A model generated the notes under the pieces. That model ran no database searches and was not told where the DNA came from. It saw only the letters and a program-made list of their open reading frames with translations. 64,000 nucleotides of DNA from a virus. The stretch is taken from positions 35,650 through 99,649 of the IMG/VR virus record IMGVR_UViG_3300037044_000228, one strand, 5' to 3'. The translations under genes were made by a program, and so were the position numbers. Positions within the stretch are counted from its first letter, which is position 1, and each line of letters begins with the position of its first letter. Below, piece by piece: positions 9,502-18,456 of the stretch.

Positions 9502-12500
9502 GTGATGTCGAGCGACGCGCCGCGAGCGCAAACCGGGGGCAGGGCGTTCGCGCTTTCCCCGACCGTTGTGCAGGTCCGCTTTGGCGACACGCCGATGATG
9601 GCGCCCGGCGCCGGCAATGCTGCGGCCGACTGGTTCGGCCCGCTTTCTCCGATGAAGCCCGCTGCCCCGCCGTTCGTTACGGGCCGGCGCTTCGACTATC
9701 AGTCCGGCTACAACCTGCAGACCCGGGCGCGGCCCGGCGAGCTCGGCTTCGACCAGCTGCGCGCGTTCGCCGACGCCTACGACATTCTCCGGCTCGTGAT
9801 CGAGACCCGCAAGAGCCAGATGTCGCGTCTGAAATGGGCCATCCTGCCGCGCGCGCGGCCCGATGCGGCGACCATGAAGGAGGTCCAGACCGACCATCTC
9901 AACCCGATCTGCAAGCAGATCACGGACTTCCTGCGCCGCCCCGATCGCCGCCTGTTCTGGAACGACTGGCTGCGCATGGCGCTCGAGGATCTCTTCGTTC
10001 TCGATGCGCCCGCGATCTGGAAGCGGCGCAACCGCGCGGGCCAACTCTACGCGCTTGAGATCATCGACGGCGCGACCATCAAGCCGATCATCACCGAAGC
10101 GGGGCGCCAGCCCGAGCGTGGCCCCGCGTTCCAGCAGATCCTCAAGGGTCTTCCGGCGGTGGAATACGACTCGCGCGATCTGATGTACCTTCCGCTCAAC
10201 CGCAGACCGCACAAGGTCTATGGGTACGGTCCGGTCGAACAGATCATCATGACCGTCAACATCGCGCTCAAGCGCCAGATCTGGCAGCTGCAGCACTGGA
10301 CGGAAGGCAACCTGCCGCAAGCGCTTATCGGCGTCCCGGAAAGCTGGACGCCTGAACAGATCAGCGCGTTCCAGACCAACTTCGACGACCTGCACACCGG
10401 CAACATGGCCGAGCGGCGTCGTGCGCGGTTCGTGCCGGCGGCGTCGGCGAAGAGCTACACGCCCACGCACAACGACAGTGAGATGTTCGGTCGCGGCGAA
10501 GAGTGGCTGGCGCGCGTCGTCTGCTATGCGATGGGCGTCGATCCCACGCCGTTCATCCAGAGCGTGAACCGCGCGACGGCGGAAAGCGCAGCAGAAGAAG
10601 CGATCAAGGACGGCATCGCGCCCGTCCAAAGCTGGGTCAAGAACCTCGTCGACGGCGTCATCATCGACGAGTTCGGCACAAACGAAGTCGAGTTCGTCTG
10701 GCAGGACGACACGATCGCCGATCCGGAGAAGCTCACGAAGGTGATCTGCTTGCAGGTCGAGTCGGGGCTGATCTCGCTCAACGAGGCGCGCGCCGAACTC
10801 GGCAAGACGCCTGTGGATCACGCCGCGTTCAACGTGCCGATGGTGAAGACGGGCGTTGGCTACGTGCCGGTCGAACCGCCCGCGCAAGCCGACGGCCTGG
10901 GCAACATGATGGGCCCGGGCGGCGAGAACCTCGGACCGGCGCCCGCGCCAGGCGGCTTCGTCGGCCCGGGCGGTGAGATGCTTGCGCCGCCGGAAGGCGC
11001 GGCTGCGGGCGGTGAGAACGTGGCGCCGGCTGATGACGCGGGCGCGGAACCAGGCGCGGGGGCTGACGCGGAGCCGCCGCCAGACGATGAACCGCCGGAA
11101 GGTGGCGGTCCTGCTGGCGGCGGAGGCGCGCTCCCGGGCGACAACGGCGGCGGTGGCGGACCGGCCCCCGCAGCGGGCGACGACGAAGCCGCTGCTGCGG
11201 CGGCGGCCATGAGCGACGACGACCTCGCGGCAGTCGAAGAGGAAATGGCGGCGCAGGGGATCGATGTCGCCGATGCGGGCGACGGCGAGGCCGAGAGCCA
11301 GGCCGATCTCTTCGCAGCCGATGAAGACCGCGTCGTGCCTGCGGGCGCGATGACGGCAGATCAGATCGACGACGGCGGCGACGTGCGCAGCGAAACGCCC
11401 GGCGCCAACGTCGCGCCGGCGGACGTTCCCGGCGAGGGCGGCGCTGCTGGCGTGGAGGCGGAAGCCGCACCGACGGATGAACCTGGGGATGGCGACGACG
11501 AACCGCAACCGCCGCGCCCGCCGAGCAAGCGTGACGTGCGACGCGCGGCGCTTGATCGACTCGGTGCGCTTGGCGCGCTGCGTCGCGGCGAACCGGCTGG
11601 CGATCTGGCGAAGGCTGCAGAGCGCGGCGCGGACCCCGGCAAGAACGAGCGCGGGTCTGCGCGCATCTCGCGCAAGAAGGGCGGGGCGCCTTACGGCGTC
11701 AATGAGCGCGGCGACTGGCGCGACGTCAAGAGCCCGCGCATGATCCGTGGCACGCCGCGTCGCGCGCCCGATGGCAGCGGCCCGATCAATCGCGACGAAG
11801 CAGCGCTCGACGAGATGTTCAACCGCGTCACTGCCGAAAAGGAAGCGGCGCGTGATCGCAAGGCCCGGCGTGCGCAGCAACGCATGGGCGGACGTCGTTA
11901 CCTGCACCCGGATCGCACGGCGAGCGGCCGCGCCGAGATCGTGAAGGGCTTCGGCGTTCATGGCTTCTGGAACGGCACGGAGCCGCACCGGGGCGGCGGT
12001 GGCGCGCGTGGCGGATCAAGGCGCGGCGCGCAAGCGGGCGTCGGCGGCGGCGCTGCGAGCGGCGGCGCGGAAGCGAAGATCGCGGCGCATCGGGTGGCGC
12101 AACGCGCGGCGGCGACCATCGCGGCGTCAGCTGCTGCGGCTGCACCGCCGCGTCCGTCTGTGGGCGAAGGCCTTACCAGGCTCGGGCGCGGACGCTCCAA
12201 GGACGTCTATGCGCACCCGACCAACAAGAACCGCGTCATCGTTTCGATGCAACGCCACGCAGCGACCGAAGCGTTTCTCGACTTCTCTCGCGCCGCGCAC
12301 GCCGCCAAGGCGCCGATCGCGCAGCATCTCCCCAACCCGTCGGCGATCAAGGTCGAGGCGGGCGGCGTGACGTTCCAGACAGCACGCCTGCAACCGAACA
12401 CGACGCCGGTGCGCATCGGGCGCGATGAGAACGGCTTCTATCTCAACGGCCTGCCGAAGACCCACCCGCAACATGCGCCGCTGCTCGCGACCGTGACCGC

Positions 12501-13095
12501 GCTCGACAGCTATCTCAAGCAGGCGCTCCCGGGATCGCGGCACTACTTCGATCTGAGTGCGCAGAACTTCATGGTCACGCGCTCCGGCAAGATCGTGATG
12601 AACGATCCCGTCGAGGGCGGCGCGGCGATCCAGGCGCGCGCCATGGCGCCGAGCTTTCCCGCAGCGCCAGCGCGTGCGCCGGCGAGACCGAAGGCCGCTT
12701 CCGCGCCGCGTCCTGCAGCGGCGAACGCGGCTGCGGCTGCGGCCGCACAACCAGCAGCACGGCCCGCACGCGCGACGCCCACGAAGGCCGAGCAAACGCG
12801 CGCGGCGCAGTTCCGCGCCTCGGCGGGCAACGGTCTGCCTGAGTGGATGACCATGGGCACGCGGCCCGCGAAACTCGCGACGATGCGTTGGGCGGCGAAG
12901 GGCGATCCGGCGGCGATCGCGTCGCGACTGCGCTCCCTGCCGCGCGAGATCGACTTCCAGCGCCAGACGCTCGAGCGGGCGCCGAAGAGCCATCAAGCAG
13001 TGGAACGTCGTCGACTCGCGAAGCTGGAAGCCGAGCATGCCGCGTTGCGCGCCGCGCGATCGGCGTCGCGTGGCGGCGGCGGACCGGCGCGGTGA
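9502..13095 (+). CDS. portal protein with long C-terminal extension (acidic linker, tag, kinase-like domain)
   Basis: Portal core LEDLFVLDA...IDGATIKP...YGYGPVEQ...NRATAE...SLNEARAELG, followed by about 740 extra residues. Confidence 0.9.
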   Translation: MMSSDAPRAQTGGRAFALSPTVVQVRFGDTPMMAPGAGNAAADWFGPLSPMKPAAPPFVTGRRFDYQSGYNLQTRARPGELGFDQLRAFADAYDILRLVIETRKSQMSRLKWAILPRARPDAATMKEVQTDHLNPICKQITDFLRRPDRRLFWNDWLRMALEDLFVLDAPAIWKRRNRAGQLYALEIIDGATIKPIITEAGRQPERGPAFQQILKGLPAVEYDSRDLMYLPLNRRPHKVYGYGPVEQIIMTVNIALKRQIWQLQHWTEGNLPQALIGVPESWTPEQISAFQTNFDDLHTGNMAERRRARFVPAASAKSYTPTHNDSEMFGRGEEWLARVVCYAMGVDPTPFIQSVNRATAESAAEEAIKDGIAPVQSWVKNLVDGVIIDEFGTNEVEFVWQDDTIADPEKLTKVICLQVESGLISLNEARAELGKTPVDHAAFNVPMVKTGVGYVPVEPPAQADGLGNMMGPGGENLGPAPAPGGFVGPGGEMLAPPEGAAAGGENVAPADDAGAEPGAGADAEPPPDDEPPEGGGPAGGGGALPGDNGGGGGPAPAAGDDEAAAAAAAMSDDDLAAVEEEMAAQGIDVADAGDGEAESQADLFAADEDRVVPAGAMTADQIDDGGDVRSETPGANVAPADVPGEGGAAGVEAEAAPTDEPGDGDDEPQPPRPPSKRDVRRAALDRLGALGALRRGEPAGDLAKAAERGADPGKNERGSARISRKKGGAPYGVNERGDWRDVKSPRMIRGTPRRAPDGSGPINRDEAALDEMFNRVTAEKEAARDRKARRAQQRMGGRRYLHPDRTASGRAEIVKGFGVHGFWNGTEPHRGGGGARGGSRRGAQAGVGGGAASGGAEAKIAAHRVAQRAAATIAASAAAAAPPRPSVGEGLTRLGRGRSKDVYAHPTNKNRVIVSMQRHAATEAFLDFSRAAHAAKAPIAQHLPNPSAIKVEAGGVTFQTARLQPNTTPVRIGRDENGFYLNGLPKTHPQHAPLLATVTALDSYLKQALPGSRHYFDLSAQNFMVTRSGKIVMNDPVEGGAAIQARAMAPSFPAAPARAPARPKAASAPRPAAANAAAAAAAQPAARPARATPTKAEQTRAAQFRASAGNGLPEWMTMGTRPAKLATMRWAAKGDPAAIASRLRSLPREIDFQRQTLERAPKSHQAVERRRLAKLEAEHAALRAARSASRGGGGPAR
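11944..12056 (+). repeat. tag repeat copy 1 (KGFGVHGFWNGTEPHRGGGGARGG..RGAQAGVGGGA)
   Basis: Near-identical DNA at 14294-14353 and 21314-21426. Confidence 0.95.
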
Positions 13096-13448
13096 GGAAA
13101 ATTGCGCTAAACGCACATTTCTAACGCGCGTTAACCAGTCGTCCACCACTGTCGCTGCATAAGGGCATCATGCGCAGCGTGCGACAGGGGCTAAGGCCTC
13201 CCGCGCGGCGCAGTCCCCCAGAGAATCGAGCCGATCGCACCCAGCCCGCCGCGGAGCGCGCTGGCGTCGACGTTTGCGATCGAGCGCCCGCCGATCGGGG
13301 CACACACTTCGGCATGGCTGGTGACAGTTCCCGGCGCGACCGCGATCTGCGCCGCGTATGCAGGGATAAACCCGGCCTGCCGATCCTTACCGACGCGCGG
13401 CGTCCACTACGGCGACGTGAGGGCTTGCAGGTCCCTTTCGCGCCCAAC

Positions 13449-13599
13449 GGTTTCTGCGGCGGCGTGGAAGGGAACACGCATCGGCCCGTGCGGTGACGTG
13501 CGGTGTTCGAGGGCCAAGGGCTCGCGTGGGCTGCTCTGCCCATAGAGCACGCGAGTAAGCCAGCTCCTTAGCCGGGGTAACGTCCGGCCCGTAGAATCC
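13449..13599 (+). ncRNA. tRNA-like structured RNA (candidate)
   Basis: Closing stem TTCTGCGG/CCGTAGAA, D-like arm GCGTG-gaagggaa-CACGC, T-like arm GCCGGG-gtaacg-TCCGGC, internal hairpins; lies in a roughly 530-bp gap with no credible CDS. Confidence 0.5.
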
Positions 13600-13630
13600 C
13601 ACACCCACACCTGACACACGCGAGGCGAAC

Positions 13631-14386
13631 ATGCGCAAGGATGCGACGTTCGCCGCCCCTGCGTCAGCGACCACCGGTCTCGCGGCGCACGATCTCGAGG
13701 GGCAGGGTCGCAATCAGCGACGGCTCGCGCGTCTCGCGGCGCGGCGTGCGGATCCATCTTCGGGCGAGACGCGGATGGTGCTGCGTCCCGTCGCTGACGT
13801 GAACCCAATCACATCGGAAGTGTTCAACGATCTTGAGCCGCCGGAAGCGATCACGCTCCGGCCGGGCTGGGATCCCATCTCCGAGATCCCGGTCGCCGAC
13901 ACCGACACCATCGTCGACGTAGTGAGCGCGCTCGAGCAGTGCGTGCCGGCATGGCGCATACACCCTGAAACGCTCCCGCTCGTCGCGGTCCCGCGCGGCG
14001 AGATCGTCGCGCTGCAGGCGGGCGTGAAGGCCGAGAAGGTGGCGGGCATCCAGGCCAAGGCGGCGCGCGGCGACCGCAGCGGACCGCGACCGGTCGGCGT
14101 CCAGTTCAACGGGCGCACCTATGTGCGGGACGGCCACCACCGTACGATCGCGGAGCTCCGCGACGGCGCGAAGGCGGTCGAGATGCGCGTGGCGGTGATC
14201 GCCGAAGCCAAATCCCTTTCTACTCCTTCCGGGGGCAAAGACATGACCACGAGCGCGTTCGCGTCGGATATCAAGCGCGCGAGCGCCTTCGCCAAGGGTT
14301 TCGGCGTCCACGGCTTCTGGAACGGCACTGAGCCGCACCGGGGCGGCGGTGGCGGCGGCGCAGCGGACTCAGCGCGTGACGCGTGA
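13631..14386 (+). CDS. ParB-like domain protein ending in a leader plus tag (possible internal start at 14243)
   Basis: GAGG RBS; IVALQ...YVRDGHHRT ParB/Srx-like motif; ends MTTSAFASDIKRASAFAKGFGVHGFWNGTEPHR. Confidence 0.7.
   Translation: MRKDATFAAPASATTGLAAHDLEGQGRNQRRLARLAARRADPSSGETRMVLRPVADVNPITSEVFNDLEPPEAITLRPGWDPISEIPVADTDTIVDVVSALEQCVPAWRIHPETLPLVAVPRGEIVALQAGVKAEKVAGIQAKAARGDRSGPRPVGVQFNGRTYVRDGHHRTIAELRDGAKAVEMRVAVIAEAKSLSTPSGGKDMTTSAFASDIKRASAFAKGFGVHGFWNGTEPHRGGGGGGAADSARDA
14294..14353 (+). repeat. tag repeat copy 2
   Basis: aagggtttcggcgtccacggcttctggaacggcactgagccgcaccggggcggcggtggc. Confidence 0.95.
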
Positions 14387-15617
14387 AGTGCAGGATCTGG
14401 TGAACCGGCGCGCGAGCGGCGACAACCCTCTCGAGAACAAGCGCCCGGCGGATTATGCCGAGCGCAAGGCGTTCGTCGACTCGATGGCGCGGGGCTCTGC
14501 GCGCGACAATGGCAGGGCGGAGACGCGAGCGCAGCGCGCCGAATCCCGGCAACGGGCGATCGAGTCAGGACGTGCGAAGCCGTCAACGCAAGGGATACTT
14601 CCCAACCGGGGCGGTCAGCGCGCTATCGCCAACCAGGCGCGCCAGCAAGCGAAGGCCGATCGCGACGACCAGTTCCGGTCGGAGCACAACGCGGAGAGCG
14701 CGCTACGCTCGACGAGTTTCGGTCGCGGACGCGAGAGCGGTTCTGCGCGCCGGTCCGATGTCGAAGTGGCGTCCATCAATACCGCGGCAGCCACGCGCGC
14801 CGCGCGCAACGCCGAACGCCGCGAGCGCGTCGCCGACTATCTGCGCGAGCGTGGCGGGCGTCCGAAGCCGAAGAACGGCGGCGCCATCGAGAGCGCGGCG
14901 GTACGGATCGCGACACGCGAGAACGCGAAGCAGACCGCGCGCGCCGAGCAGCTGGAAGCGCGCGCCGAGAGCGCCCGGGCGCGCATGCAAGCCGCACCCG
15001 GCGGATCGTCACAGCGGATTCGTCTCAGCCAGGAGGCAGACCGGCTCAGGGCGCAGGCGCAACGCGCCCGCGATGCTGCGGAGAGCGCAGCGAACGTCGC
15101 TGGCCTTACGCGCGCGCCTGCGGCGGCGGCGCCGTCAACCGCGCCCACAACGCCGGTGCGACTCCGCGATCTCGGTCTTACGACGACAGCGCCGGCAGCG
15201 GCGAGCGCTGCGCCAGCCGCTGGCGGCAAGTTCAACGTCCAGAGCGAACTCCGCCGGCTCGAAGAGGGCGGTGCGCCCGGCACTTACTCGCCGGCTCAAC
15301 GGAGCGCACTCCGTCAAGAGATCAACGAGGCTTTGGCGAGCGCGAACAACCGTGTGACCATCGGACAAAGTGGCGACGGCGGTGGCGGACGGGCGGCGGC
15401 TCAGGCGCAACGTCTGCAACAAATCGAACGAGACCTCGCTAAACCTGCAACCACCGTCACGCGCGCCGCCGACCGCGCGGTGGACCGCGCCGCAGCCAAG
15501 CATGGCGTCGACACCGACATCGCGCGCGGCATCGCGGACGTGGCGCGGCGCGCCAATCCGCGCGCGAGCAACCGCGAGATCGAACGCCAGATCCGCGAAT
15601 ACGCGGGCCAACAGTAG
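14349..15617 (+). CDS. Arg/Ala-rich basic protein, probably the out-of-frame continuation of tag copy 2
   Basis: 422-aa ORF in the +1 frame whose annotated GTG start lies inside the tag's GGC run; shares a motif with 21260-22777. Confidence 0.7.
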   Translation: MAAAQRTQRVTREVQDLVNRRASGDNPLENKRPADYAERKAFVDSMARGSARDNGRAETRAQRAESRQRAIESGRAKPSTQGILPNRGGQRAIANQARQQAKADRDDQFRSEHNAESALRSTSFGRGRESGSARRSDVEVASINTAAATRAARNAERRERVADYLRERGGRPKPKNGGAIESAAVRIATRENAKQTARAEQLEARAESARARMQAAPGGSSQRIRLSQEADRLRAQAQRARDAAESAANVAGLTRAPAAAAPSTAPTTPVRLRDLGLTTTAPAAASAAPAAGGKFNVQSELRRLEEGGAPGTYSPAQRSALRQEINEALASANNRVTIGQSGDGGGGRAAAQAQRLQQIERDLAKPATTVTRAADRAVDRAAAKHGVDTDIARGIADVARRANPRASNREIERQIREYAGQQ

Positions 15618-15733
15618 GCCGTAGTAGGCCGTAGGCAGCAAGCCGATCGCGGCGACGCCACCGCCACACACACACCAACAACCAGAAGGCAGCAAGGCCC
15701 CGCGCGACATGCGCGAGCCCATAGGAGAGCCGC

Positions 15734-18289
15734 ATGTCCAAGACCAATCTTGCCGTCGCAGCGCCGGCGCTCGCGATGTTCGTTCCCATCACGAAGGTCG
15801 ATGAAGAAAAGCGCCTCGTCTATGGGCGCATCACGGCGGAAAGCGTCGACCGCTCGAACGAGATCCTCGACTATGCGGCGTCCAAGCCGCACTTCGAGAA
15901 GTGGTCGCAGGGCTTTTCCGATGCGACCGGCGGGAAGTCGAAGGGCAACCTGCGCGCGATGCACAAGAACGTGAGCGCGGGCAAGTTCACCGAGATCGTC
16001 TTCAACGACGACGCCAAGGAGATCCACGGCGTCGCGAAGGTGGTCGACGATAACGAGTGGCAGAAGGTGCTCGAGGGCGTTTACACCGGTTTCTCGATCG
16101 GTGGAAAGTACGCCTCGCGCGCGCCCGACGCCGTGGAGAAGGGCAAGACCCGCTATGTGGCGCTGCCCGGTGAAGTGTCGCTCGTCGACACACCCTGCCT
16201 GCCGATCGCGACCTTCGAGTTCGTGAAGGCCGACGGCGCGTCCATGCAAAAGAACTTCGTGCCGTGGCAACCCGACAACAACACCCTGTCGGTGCGGGCG
16301 CGCGAGCTCGCCAAGGCCGCAGGCGATGAGACTGCGTGGCCCGACCACATCGGCGCCGCGCGCGAGGATCTGATCGCCAAGCGCTTCGCGGCATCGTCTG
16401 CCGAAGAGGGTGCGGCCCAGGAAAACCCCGCGACCGGCGCGGGCGGTGCGGGTGGCGAAGCGGCAGGCGAGGGCGCTGCAGCCGATGTCGCTGCTGCTGC
16501 GGCCGCTGCGGCGGACGTCGCCAAGCGCGATGAAGGTCCGAGCGCAGCCGAGCTTGGCGTGACGCAGGAATGGAAGGCCCCCGACGGGCAAGTCTTCCTT
16601 ACAAAAGCCGATGCGATGCGCCATGCATCGTCCCTCAGCCGCAATCCCGTCGCCGATGCGCTCGCGCGCGCCGATGCGGTGATGAAGGGCACAGTCGTGG
16701 CGGGCGACTATGGCGATGTCGCCTACGCCGACACCGGACTTCTCAAGGACGCCAAGCCGCGCTTTCCCATCGACTGCCCGCTGAATGTGCGCGCCTCGTG
16801 GGCGCATTTCTGCAAGGGCGCCGGCGACATGGGCTACGCCGAAGCAGAACTCACCAAGATCGCGACCGCGATCGCAACCGCATGGGTGGACATCGTCAAC
16901 CCGAACGGCCCGCCGTCGGTGGAGCAGATGGACGCCGTCGCCGATGTGGGCCTGTTTACCGATGCGCTCGCTGTGCTCGGCAAGCGCGCCTATCTCAACA
17001 CGCGTGATGGCGGCGGGAACGGCAGCTACACCGGATCCATGGCGGAAGCCTGCAGCCCGTGGAGCCATCAAGGCACGGGTCTCAACTTCGTGCACCAGAT
17101 CGCCTCACTCGTGAGCGATGCGGTGCGCGCGTCCAACCAGGCCGCGCAACTTGACGGCGAAGACAGCCCGATCGCAGCGCAGTCGCGCGACATGCTCGCG
17201 GCGACCGCGACGCTGCTCGCGGAAGCCACACACGGCGAAGTGGCGCGCATCCTCGACGAAGTGGAAGCGTTCGACGGCGATCCCGATGCGGAGGGCATGG
17301 AAGAGTTCGCCGACATGGAGGACGCCCAGAAGCTCGCGGCCGACATCGTCGATCTCGTGAAGGCCGACGACGTGCTTCTCGATGCGATGGATGAGATCGC
17401 CGAGCAGCGCGAGGCTGGCTATCTCGTCAAGTTCCAGGAGTGCGTCGGCGCGCTTCCGGCCGACCGCAGCGACGACGCGGCGGACACGCTGGATCTCGTC
17501 GGCGGCGGGTTGAGCAAGATGGCGGACGCTGCGGCGCCGGCCTTCCTGTCACGCGGCCTGCTCGCCATCGCGAAGATGAGCGATCACGTCGCGTCGTTCT
17601 CCGATCTCGTCGCCGGACTGCGCGAATCCGGTCTCGCAAAAGGGACCGACCCGCTTCTGGTGGCGAACGATATTGTGGAGACCCTCGGCCAGATCGTCAT
17701 CGCCATGGCGCATGACGAAGTCGCCGAGATCCATGGCGAGATCGACGTCACGAAACTCGATGCGGCGGACCAGTACGGCAAGGCGGCAGGCGAGCTCTTC
17801 GAACTCGTGAAGGCCGACACCGAAACACTTGAGAAGGTGGGCGCGCGCAACAGCAAGACCGACAAGGCCATGATCCAGTCCATCCACGACTACGCCGAAA
17901 AGCTCGGCGCGGCGTGCGGCGTGGAGAAGGCCGCAGGCGGCGAGGGGGAGGGCGATCTAGCGAAGGCGGACGATCCGGTGAAGGCCGAGAACGCGGCGCT
18001 CAAGAAGAGCGTCGACGAAGCGGTCGAGGGCATCAAGAAGCTCACCGACAAACTCGCCGAGCAGGACGCGACGATCAAGAAGCTGAGCGAACAGCCGCAG
18101 CAGGGCGGACCGGTGCGCACCGATTTGAACAAGGGCGGCGGTGGCGCAAGCGGCGTCGATCAAGAGCAGCTGACCGCGTACCTCGCGAAGTTCGCGAAGA
18201 TGACGCCCGATCAACAGGCGACTGAAGTCATCAAGATGCAGCAGCTGCAGCCGCAGTCGTTCACCGCGCGCATGGCCCCGGCAGGCTGA
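15734..18289 (+). CDS. prohead protease/scaffold (XkdF-like protease, DUF6582-like domain, coiled coil)
   Basis: ITKVDEEKRLVYG...NLRAMH...WQKVLEGVYTGFSIGG...EVSLVD; YADTG...RFPID...VRASW; AGGAG RBS. Confidence 0.85.
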   Translation: MSKTNLAVAAPALAMFVPITKVDEEKRLVYGRITAESVDRSNEILDYAASKPHFEKWSQGFSDATGGKSKGNLRAMHKNVSAGKFTEIVFNDDAKEIHGVAKVVDDNEWQKVLEGVYTGFSIGGKYASRAPDAVEKGKTRYVALPGEVSLVDTPCLPIATFEFVKADGASMQKNFVPWQPDNNTLSVRARELAKAAGDETAWPDHIGAAREDLIAKRFAASSAEEGAAQENPATGAGGAGGEAAGEGAAADVAAAAAAAADVAKRDEGPSAAELGVTQEWKAPDGQVFLTKADAMRHASSLSRNPVADALARADAVMKGTVVAGDYGDVAYADTGLLKDAKPRFPIDCPLNVRASWAHFCKGAGDMGYAEAELTKIATAIATAWVDIVNPNGPPSVEQMDAVADVGLFTDALAVLGKRAYLNTRDGGGNGSYTGSMAEACSPWSHQGTGLNFVHQIASLVSDAVRASNQAAQLDGEDSPIAAQSRDMLAATATLLAEATHGEVARILDEVEAFDGDPDAEGMEEFADMEDAQKLAADIVDLVKADDVLLDAMDEIAEQREAGYLVKFQECVGALPADRSDDAADTLDLVGGGLSKMADAAAPAFLSRGLLAIAKMSDHVASFSDLVAGLRESGLAKGTDPLLVANDIVETLGQIVIAMAHDEVAEIHGEIDVTKLDAADQYGKAAGELFELVKADTETLEKVGARNSKTDKAMIQSIHDYAEKLGAACGVEKAAGGEGEGDLAKADDPVKAENAALKKSVDEAVEGIKKLTDKLAEQDATIKKLSEQPQQGGPVRTDLNKGGGGASGVDQEQLTAYLAKFAKMTPDQQATEVIKMQQLQPQSFTARMAPAG

Positions 18290-18456
18290 GCGCTACCGGC
18301 TGACGCCATCCACCCGATCAACCGCACAACCAGACGACCGCGCGCGCCGGTGATGCCGGCGCACGCGCACCGAGAACCAGCGCCACCCGGCGCCGGCCCA
18401 TCCCATCGGCAGGGGGACTGCCGAAACAACCATCAACACGACGACAGGAGACGATC

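Noticed and set aside
9487-11988. Long antisense ORFs (833 aa here; also 15401-17095, 18433-19929, 29682-31583, 49196-50710, 54086-55780)
   Set aside because: They are shadows of real genes in high-GC DNA, with no recognisable motifs or RBS.
13118-13136. CtrA box-like TAA/TTAA pairs (also at about 42100-42119)
   Set aside because: Spacing does not fit TTAA-N7-TTAA.
13449-13599. Canonical tRNA gene
   Set aside because: There is no TTC T-loop and no 7-nt anticodon loop, so it is kept only as tRNA-like.
14296-14302. G GGT TTC slippery heptamer in tag copy 2
   Set aside because: A -1 shift meets TGA at about 14329 and does not reach the downstream ORF, which is in the +1 frame.
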